Below are positions 25,905-32,633 of a stretch of DNA of 64,000 nucleotides, piece after piece. This stretch comes from a virus (taxonomy: Duplodnaviria; Heunggongvirae; Uroviricota; Caudoviricetes). The notes under the pieces are model-generated. The model searched no databases and was not told the DNA's origin. It worked only from the letters and a program-made list of their open reading frames with translations. How positions within the stretch are numbered: position 1 is the stretch's first letter; every line of letters starts with the position of its first letter. The stretch spans positions 56,494 through 120,493 of IMG/VR virus record IMGVR_UViG_3300035208_001055; one strand, written 5' to 3'. The translations under genes and the position numbers were made by a program.

Positions 25905-26810
25905 CTACTCCTGCTTCTTGCGATCACGGTGCTGTTTAAGTACCTGACCACGCATACGTTGTCGAATCCGCGTTCTGAATTTTTCCACGCTGTCAGAGTC
26001 TAAGTGTACCACCCATCGTAAGGCGCAAAGCCAACCGTCCAACGGGGTCGTACAATTCAAACTAGCAAGCCACAGTGGACCACTTTGTGGTCTCTCCAAT
26101 TCTGGTAACAACTCTCGCAGGCCCCGAAGTCGCGGTTGCGCGTCCACCTCGCCCGCGTAAAATCTCTCTAACCGCCCATCCAACTTCGCCGTGCGATATT
26201 GTCGTAAAACTGTCTGTACGAGAGCGCGAAATTCTTTCAGTGGGAGTGTCTTTGCGTCCGGTAGATATTGACCCCACATTGTATACGGTAGTCGTGACAG
26301 CCAGTATGCGGCCTCTAAAGACATCTCCCCAAGATCGGCGGCGCGTCGGTATACCTTATACCTCGCCAACTTTGCCAATCCCAGCATCTTACGAATCCAA
26401 TATGGGTTCTTATGCAGTAGTTGGCATAACTCTGCTTGGCTCATCCCTTCCTTCTCGTGGAGAATCTTACGTATCTGCCGTGCAAAATCGGATGGTGCTG
26501 TTTGGAGTCGTTGTGCATTAGTTACAATCTGTATAGCCAACACCTCGTAATTTGTCAAATCACGAATCGCACAATGTATCTCGGTCTTCTGGGCATCTCT
26601 CGAAGCTGCAACCCGACACCTCCCATCGACCACTTCAAACATTCCCGATGTCTTTTGCGATGGACGCACACAAATACCATTCAATACGCCATACTTTGCA
26701 ATTGAATCTCGTAGTTCTAGGTACTCGATAGTCGTGCGATCCACCGGTCGTAACACAACTGGGGGGTCGATTAACTTCGTCAACGGTATGGCACGGAAGT
26801 CATCTGACAT
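25905..26810 (-). CDS. ParB-like protein (ParB/Srx N-domain + HTH)
   Basis: EVVDGRCRVAASRDA (GxRR..A box) and an HTH MSQAELCQLLHKNPYWIRKMLGLAKL. Confidence 0.55.
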   Translation of the reverse strand: MSDDFRAIPLTKLIDPPVVLRPVDRTTIEYLELRDSIAKYGVLNGICVRPSQKTSGMFEVVDGRCRVAASRDAQKTEIHCAIRDLTNYEVLAIQIVTNAQRLQTAPSDFARQIRKILHEKEGMSQAELCQLLHKNPYWIRKMLGLAKLARYKVYRRAADLGEMSLEAAYWLSRLPYTMWGQYLPDAKTLPLKEFRALVQTVLRQYRTAKLDGRLERFYAGEVDAQPRLRGLRELLPELERPQSGPLWLASLNCTTPLDGWLCALRWVVHLDSDSVEKFRTRIRQRMRGQVLKQHRDRKKQE

Positions 26811-26832
26811 AAGGCGGCGCGCCGGGTTTTAC

Positions 26833-26947
26833 CTCTCCTACCATACTGTCGGTTTCGAGGGGTGGTTTGTCCCATAAAATTCTCCAAAATTTTTAAGAAA
26901 AAGATTGGGACAAATCTACCCTCGAAACCGACAGTATGGTAGGAGAG
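26833..26947. promoter_or_regulatory. 29-bp perfect inverted repeat enclosing an AT-rich core with a nested 9-bp inverted repeat (candidate origin / divergent operator)
   Basis: Left arm 26833-26861 CTCTCCTACCATACTGTCGGTTTCGAGGG; right arm 26919-26947 is its exact reverse complement. Inner TTTGTCCCA (26866-26874) / TGGGACAAA (26906-26914) flank a 31-bp AT-rich centre. Confidence 0.5.
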
Positions 26948-26972
26948 ACGCACTATTTCCGAGAGAAACCAC

Positions 26973-29657
26973 ATGCCAACAGTTTCCCAAGCATTTCGGC
27001 GCTTCCTGGCGTCCGTTCAGAACCAGCTTCCCGGCGCAGACTTAATTGCCCGGTATCTACAGTACGGTCCTGAAAATCTGGAAACACAAGTCAATACCTG
27101 TTCCGACGATGGCGACCCTGTTGAGGGTCGGCGTCATACTTGGACCGATGGCGAATCGACTTGGTTTACGATCCGCATTCCAAAGAATGCGATGCTCACG
27201 CCCGAATGGGAAGACTATGAACTTCACTGGGCACCCGAGGAACACGCCGATGCTATCGGCTCCACGGGATGGGATTGGAAAAAACTACGGTCACGGTGGG
27301 TCGGATTCGACGTGGATGATCTTATATCACATGCCAAGGGTATTGGTGTCACAGACGAAGAAATGACTCACATCAAAGAAGTTGTACAGCAACTTCCGTA
27401 TGTTGAGGCTCGCCGCAGCACGAGAGGCGGTGGTCTGCACCTCTATGTCTTATTCGACGACGAAGGTGTTCCCACAGCCAACCACACCGAACATGCCGCT
27501 CTTGCCCGCTGCATTCTAGGCATGATGACCGCTGAAGTCGGTTTCGACTTCGCTGCTGCCGTTGATTGTTGTGGTGGCAATATGTGGATTTGGAGCCGAC
27601 GAACCACCACTGAGAATCGCGGATTGGAATTGATTAAACCGTCTACCAAACGGCTCAGTGTCAAGGACTTGCCCAGTAATTGGCGGGATCACATCGCCGT
27701 CGTTACCCGTCAAGCCACAAAAATCAAGTTACAGGGTGTGACCGGCGATACGCTGAGTCCTTTTGATGAGTTGACGGCTTCCCGCCGACTCGTCCCACTT
27801 GACGAGAAACACAAACTTGCCATTGAATTATTGATGGACACCGGGTTCTCGACAATCTGGGTCCCTGACCATCATCTCTTACAGACGCACACCAAGGCCC
27901 TTGAAAAAGTTGCCGACGACGCGCAAGCCCGGTCCAAATTAGGATTCGTTGGTCACTTCCAAACAAACAGCCCCGGAAAGAATCCAGGGGAGCCAAACTG
28001 CTTCCTCTTTCCAACACTGAATGGCGGGTGGCGAGTATACCGCTTCTCATTGGGCATAGCTGAAGCTGAGACATGGGCACAAGACGGTGCGGGTTGGACT
28101 ACCTGTTATTTCAACAGACTCCCTGATCTTGATACCGCATGTCGTGCTTACGGTGGTCTTCCTACCGAAGGAAAACCAAACTACATGTTTCCCGATAGTG
28201 AGTCGGCTGTAAAAGCGGCTCTGGCACTAGGTCAAAAACTCGACATCCCCGACGACTTAAAAGGACGACCCGTTGAACTTCGTGTTCACAATGGTTTCCT
28301 AATCACCTATCTCAAGAAAAGCAAAGACGACCCAGAAACCATCAAAGGTTGGAATCTGAAAAAAGGTCAGTGGATTCAGGATTCAAAAAAGAAACTGACA
28401 CCAGACGACAAAAGTGATCTCGGGGATAATGACTACGACAATGTTGTTCGTTCACTGCGGTCATTAAATGGTGAAATAGTCGGATGGACGTATCAATCGA
28501 CTCAAGGCGATTGGAATGAAACAAACGCAGGCACCATCAAAATGATCCTTCAAGGAAAAGGACAAGCAAAAACCGAGGCCGAAGTTATCATGGGGAAGTG
28601 TGCCGTTCATCCGTGGCAGATCATGTGTCTTCCGTTCGCCGATGAGTTCCCAGGAGGACGCAGATGGAACCGTCAAGCACCGCAACTCAAGTACAAACCT
28701 GCGCTCACTGAGGATGAGACCCAAGCAGCCCACCCGCACTGGGATTTAATTCTCAACCATGTTGGCACCGAATTGACACCGGCGCTGAAAGATTCTCACT
28801 GGGCGCAAAAATATGGCGTCCTCACAGGCGGGCAATATCTTCTTCTTTGGATTGCGGCTGCTTTCCGCGAACCGCTTCAACACACACCTTATTTATTCCT
28901 TCATGGCAACGAAAATTGTGGTAAGTCCATTTTTTATGAGGCCATCGCCTTACTTGTCACTAAGGGCGTTGTTAGTGCGAATAAAGCACTGACAACCCCT
29001 GGCGATTTCAACGGTGAACTCGCTGGGGCCGTTTTCTGTTATGTTGAAGAGATTGATCTTTCCCACCACAAAGTCGCGCTCCCACGCATCAAGGAATATG
29101 TCATGGCAGAGACACTTCCAATCCGACAGATGCGTATGGACCTCTATCATCAACCAAACACGACACACTGGATGCACATGGCGAATTTCCTCGAATACTG
29201 TCCAATTTTCAGAGGTGATAGTCGTATTACCGCGATCCGTGTTCCCGACCTCTTGAAAGAGCAGGAGATTCCCAAAGGTCAATTTCTTGAACTCTTGAAA
29301 AAAGAAGCCCCACAATTTCTTCACACGATCTTTAACGTGTCGATACCGCCATCGCCTACTCGGTTGAGAGTCCCGATTATCGAGACGCAAAGCAAACTAG
29401 CTGCCATCGAACACAACCAAACATTCCTCGAAGAATTTATTGCAACCTACTGCAAAGAGGAACAAGGTGCTCGTACACCGTTGCCAATCTTCTACGAGGC
29501 ATTCCGAAAATGGCTGCCCGATGACTCCATACGTGCAGAATGGACACTGCCACGAATTTGCTCTTGTATAAAAGGCACAACTCTTTCCAGAGGTAAGAGT
29601 CAACGGTATCTCGACAATCTAGTCTTGTGTTACCCAAAAGAAGAAGGGAAGCAATGA
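26973..29657 (+). CDS. Primase-polymerase (AEP) fused to D5/SF3-type NTPase helicase (replication initiator)
   Basis: AEP motif I VGFDVDD, motif II STRGGGLHLYVLF, and a C-terminal Walker A LHGNENCGKS. 894 aa. Confidence 0.75.
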   Translation: MPTVSQAFRRFLASVQNQLPGADLIARYLQYGPENLETQVNTCSDDGDPVEGRRHTWTDGESTWFTIRIPKNAMLTPEWEDYELHWAPEEHADAIGSTGWDWKKLRSRWVGFDVDDLISHAKGIGVTDEEMTHIKEVVQQLPYVEARRSTRGGGLHLYVLFDDEGVPTANHTEHAALARCILGMMTAEVGFDFAAAVDCCGGNMWIWSRRTTTENRGLELIKPSTKRLSVKDLPSNWRDHIAVVTRQATKIKLQGVTGDTLSPFDELTASRRLVPLDEKHKLAIELLMDTGFSTIWVPDHHLLQTHTKALEKVADDAQARSKLGFVGHFQTNSPGKNPGEPNCFLFPTLNGGWRVYRFSLGIAEAETWAQDGAGWTTCYFNRLPDLDTACRAYGGLPTEGKPNYMFPDSESAVKAALALGQKLDIPDDLKGRPVELRVHNGFLITYLKKSKDDPETIKGWNLKKGQWIQDSKKKLTPDDKSDLGDNDYDNVVRSLRSLNGEIVGWTYQSTQGDWNETNAGTIKMILQGKGQAKTEAEVIMGKCAVHPWQIMCLPFADEFPGGRRWNRQAPQLKYKPALTEDETQAAHPHWDLILNHVGTELTPALKDSHWAQKYGVLTGGQYLLLWIAAAFREPLQHTPYLFLHGNENCGKSIFYEAIALLVTKGVVSANKALTTPGDFNGELAGAVFCYVEEIDLSHHKVALPRIKEYVMAETLPIRQMRMDLYHQPNTTHWMHMANFLEYCPIFRGDSRITAIRVPDLLKEQEIPKGQFLELLKKEAPQFLHTIFNVSIPPSPTRLRVPIIETQSKLAAIEHNQTFLEEFIATYCKEEQGARTPLPIFYEAFRKWLPDDSIRAEWTLPRICSCIKGTTLSRGKSQRYLDNLVLCYPKEEGKQ

Positions 29658-29822
29658 ACATCCGAATTTACCAATACGATGGTCAAGTTTCAAACACCCC
29701 AATGCTCCACGCTACGTGCGTTGCGGAATTTGATATTGCTGCAAGAGATTGGAAACGCCAGCGGCGACAATTGCTACACGATCACGAGGGTGACTTCTAC
29801 ACAGTCAATGAGAGGAAAGAAA

Positions 29823-30335
29823 ATGTCACGCAACTTCTATGCAGTCGGTGATGTCAACAGTACAAAACGCGGGTCGGGAGCCAGAGCGAATCACGGGAAG
29901 GTCTCTTTGACATTGGTGCCCTTCCACGTGCTCGCAGGCGTTGCTCGTGTCTTCATGGGCGGCAAATTAAAATACGCTGCGTGGAATTGGGCGAAAGGGA
30001 TGCCCTGGTCAACGGCAACGGACTGCCTCTTTCGCCACCTCTTCAAATGGTGGTATCTCGGTGAAGACATCGACCCGGAGAGTGGTGAGCATCACTTGGA
30101 TCATGCTATCTGCAATCTTCTAATGCTGCGGCACTATCTCACCGCCTATAAGGAAGGCGATGATCGTCCTCCGACCGACATCACGGGATTTAATGATGCA
30201 CTTGTCGATTTCACTCGCTGTTTTGACGAGGAAGAATACCTACGACGCAACCCGTCGATCAAGCAACTCATTGAAGAACGCAGCAAACCGAGACCGAAAA
30301 CAAAGGCAACGAAGAAAACGAAAAAGGCAAAATGA
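29823..30335 (+). CDS. Phage dNTP-pool protein, dATP/dGTP diphosphohydrolase N-domain-like (tentative)
   Basis: LVPFHVLAGVARVFMGGKLKYAAWNWAKGMPWS...LGEDIDPESGEHHLDHAICNLLMLRHY. I recall this pattern from a phage family but could not check it. Start at the ATG with a GAGG SD. Confidence 0.3.
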   Translation: MSRNFYAVGDVNSTKRGSGARANHGKVSLTLVPFHVLAGVARVFMGGKLKYAAWNWAKGMPWSTATDCLFRHLFKWWYLGEDIDPESGEHHLDHAICNLLMLRHYLTAYKEGDDRPPTDITGFNDALVDFTRCFDEEEYLRRNPSIKQLIEERSKPRPKTKATKKTKKAK

Positions 30336-30952
30336 TGAGTACCATCTACCCCGGCTTCACACATCTCAGCGGCAATCTCCTTGCGGCCATCGACTTCGAG
30401 ACCACGGGACGCCGACCGGGGTACAGTGAGATCATCCAAATTGCCATTCAACCCTTGAATGAGCATCTGCAACCGAACCCAGATGTCCCACCTTTCTACC
30501 ACAACATTCGACCCGAGTATCCTGAACGCTGTGAAAAGGGCGCAGGCTTTGTCCACGGAATTGACATGGATATGTTGTTGCTCCACGCTCCGAGTCAGGA
30601 ACGTGTTCAGGAGTTATTGATTGAGTGGATTGGAAGATTAGAACTTCCACAAAACAAGGTTATCGTACCGTTAGCCCATAATTGGGCGTTCGAGTCGTCG
30701 TTTCTCAAAGGTTGGCTCGGCCCTGATTTGACTGACCAACTATTCCACAGTCATGGCCGCGATTCCATGCTGTTAGCCATCTCGCTCAATGACCGTGCCT
30801 TCTTTCGAGGAGAACAGTTGCCCTTCTCAAAAGTCAGTCTGCCTTACCTGTGCAAACAACTTGGCATCCCGCACGACCACGCACACGATGCGCTCGACGA
30901 CTGTAAGGCCACGGCCGAACTCTATCGAACCCTTCTGATGTATGGACTCTAA
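30332..30952 (+). CDS. DEDDh 3'-5' exonuclease (DnaQ-like)
   Basis: Exo I AAIDFETTG, Exo II LAHNWAFE, Exo III HDHAHDALDD. Confidence 0.7.
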   Translation: MMSTIYPGFTHLSGNLLAAIDFETTGRRPGYSEIIQIAIQPLNEHLQPNPDVPPFYHNIRPEYPERCEKGAGFVHGIDMDMLLLHAPSQERVQELLIEWIGRLELPQNKVIVPLAHNWAFESSFLKGWLGPDLTDQLFHSHGRDSMLLAISLNDRAFFRGEQLPFSKVSLPYLCKQLGIPHDHAHDALDDCKATAELYRTLLMYGL

Positions 30953-31301
30953 CCCCCTAATTGAACAGGTTCTCGATACTCTGCCGCCCTTCGTCGAAGG
31001 CCGCGACCGGCGTTTTCATTTCGAGTCAGACGGCGCACTCGTCTACGAACGCGAGGAAGGCGATTGGGAGCCTCCGAGACATATAGAGGGTTTCGAGACG
31101 GACCCAACCAATCCCTGGCGTCTACAGTCACACTGGGACGCCTGCCCGGCCCGCCTGTACACCGCCGTCCGGTTCCCCGAGTGCGGTTGCATTGGCATCA
31201 TTGCCCGGTGCAATGAACCAGACGCCAACTTCACGAAACAAGTCAAATTAGAAGCGTGTAAACAGTGTCCCTTGTATCGAGAGGTGCGACATGGCATGTG
31301 A
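30942..31301 (+). CDS. Cys-rich small protein (paralog A)
   Basis: EGFETDPTNPWRLQSHWDACP...CGCIGIIARC...LEACKQCP; paralogous to the next ORF. Confidence 0.35.
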   Translation: MDSNPLIEQVLDTLPPFVEGRDRRFHFESDGALVYEREEGDWEPPRHIEGFETDPTNPWRLQSHWDACPARLYTAVRFPECGCIGIIARCNEPDANFTKQVKLEACKQCPLYREVRHGM

Positions 31302-31713
31302 TGACTGCCCCGAATACATTGTAGCCGCCGAGACCACGGGCGTGGCGATTCTCGTCTACTCCGGTGGTCCTCCGACCGCCATCTTCGAGAGCGTCAAGTA
31401 TGCTCTTTCCGGTGACGATCCGAAGGTCATTCGGAAATGGTCGAAGCCAACCGTTCACAAAGATGGTTCAATCGAGTATGCTCCAAATGAAGCTGAGCCG
31501 CCCGAGATCGAGGGGTACTCTCGTGACCCCAACAATCCCAGACGGCTCAAACCTTGCTGGCCACCTTGCGCGTGGCGTACTCTCCGCGTTTGGCGTGCGG
31601 ATAATGGTTCAGTGAAAATCACTTGTGGATGCGTGAATCCAACATCTGGTTACAAGCCGCATGAAGATGTCACGCTTGAAAACTGTAAGACCTGTGCTCG
31701 GCGCACCATCTAA
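31291..31713 (+). CDS. Cys-rich small protein (paralog B)
   Basis: EGYSRDPNNPRRLKPCWPPC...CGCVNPTSG...LENCKTCARR; shares the motif order with paralog A. Confidence 0.35.
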   Translation: MACDDCPEYIVAAETTGVAILVYSGGPPTAIFESVKYALSGDDPKVIRKWSKPTVHKDGSIEYAPNEAEPPEIEGYSRDPNNPRRLKPCWPPCAWRTLRVWRADNGSVKITCGCVNPTSGYKPHEDVTLENCKTCARRTI

Positions 31714-32285
31714 TTCTGGGCGACCGTAGATAATCCACTTCGATGGCCGTTGTCGTTCGTTACTAATTTGAACACCTTGCAATCTGCAAAGTCCACAAGT
31801 TTGCAACGCGAAACAAATACGCCAAATTGACGCAACTCTCTCCTTGTCGCTGCGGTCAATAAGTCATTCAACTTATCGGCCGCAATCATGTCAAGCAAGT
31901 CTTGTAGTGTGTGCTGTGCAATCACACTTACGACGGCTGCCTGTGTGATGTCATTGATCGTCGTATCGACATCCCAGTTTACGCGCCCGATGGCGTGAAC
32001 AACATCGCGTATCCGATAGACTACGACTGTTCCCACCACAACTTTCTTGTTGTCTCGCGTAGTCAAAACTTGTGTCGGTAGATTGAGCGTCTGTCGTGCC
32101 GTGACGATTACCTCAACCTCTGTGACAAGTGGCCAATACACATGGAGTCCAGCCAACATCGGCTTGACTTTGTGGCCATGACGCCACTTCACACCGCCGT
32201 GCGTTGCTCTAACAATCAAGACTCGCGGTATGAACCGCAAGATCGCTTCAAAAATCTGACCTAACCAAGCAAACGCCGTCTCCAT
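31710..32285 (-). CDS. SPFH/Band-7 domain protein
   Basis: QTLNLPTQVLTTRDNKKVVVGTVVVYRIRDVVHA matches the SPFH core (q.i.TkDn..v.vd.vv.yri.d). Confidence 0.45.
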   Translation of the reverse strand: METAFAWLGQIFEAILRFIPRVLIVRATHGGVKWRHGHKVKPMLAGLHVYWPLVTEVEVIVTARQTLNLPTQVLTTRDNKKVVVGTVVVYRIRDVVHAIGRVNWDVDTTINDITQAAVVSVIAQHTLQDLLDMIAADKLNDLLTAATRRELRQFGVFVSRCKLVDFADCKVFKLVTNDNGHRSGLSTVAQN

Positions 32286-32318
32286 AACTCACCTCGCTTT
32301 GTTTGAGACAGAAGACAC

Positions 32319-32400
32319 GGTGCCAAATTAGGCACCACGTCTTTGTTCATTTGACCTACGGTGCCAAATTAGGCACCACGTCTTTGTTCATTTGACCTAC
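32319..32400. repeat. Two exact tandem copies of a 41-bp unit, each containing a 6-bp-stem palindrome
   Basis: GGTGCCAAATTAGGCACCACGTCTTTGTTCATTTGACCTAC x2 (32319-32359, 32360-32400). GGTGCC/GGCACC is an internal inverted repeat. Confidence 0.6.
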
Positions 32401-32585
32401 CGTGACCCGCGATGACGGGGCAACTTGCGAAGAGTCTTCGCCAAATTGACCTGCCGTTGGGTCTGAAGAGTTATACCTACCGGCGGATTATCAATGTAAG
32501 CCGCCACCGACTTCCCTGCCGCCTTTGCCTTCCGTGTCAACGCCCCTGGATGCTGAATAGCACCTTGTATCCACTTCTTTGCCAT
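32397..32585 (-). CDS. Hypothetical small basic protein
   Basis: 62-aa ORF just upstream of the tandem repeat. Confidence 0.3.
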   Translation of the reverse strand: MAKKWIQGAIQHPGALTRKAKAAGKSVAAYIDNPPVGITLQTQRQVNLAKTLRKLPRHRGSR

Positions 32586-32633
32586 TGTCGTACCTCACTG
32601 TAAGAACCTATTCAAAGTCTGGAACATCAAACA

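Noticed and set aside
8857-30952. Claiming a Z-genome (2-aminoadenine) or other hypermodified DNA system from PolA plus a dNTP-hydrolase-like gene
   Set aside because: No PurZ-like adenylosuccinate-synthetase homologue, DatZ HD-hydrolase or other base-modification enzyme is visible in the window. It is kept only as a low-weight hypothesis.
32319-32400. Possible CRISPR array
   Set aside because: There are only two identical 41-bp units, directly abutting with no spacers. This is a tandem duplication, not a repeat-spacer array, and there are no cas genes.
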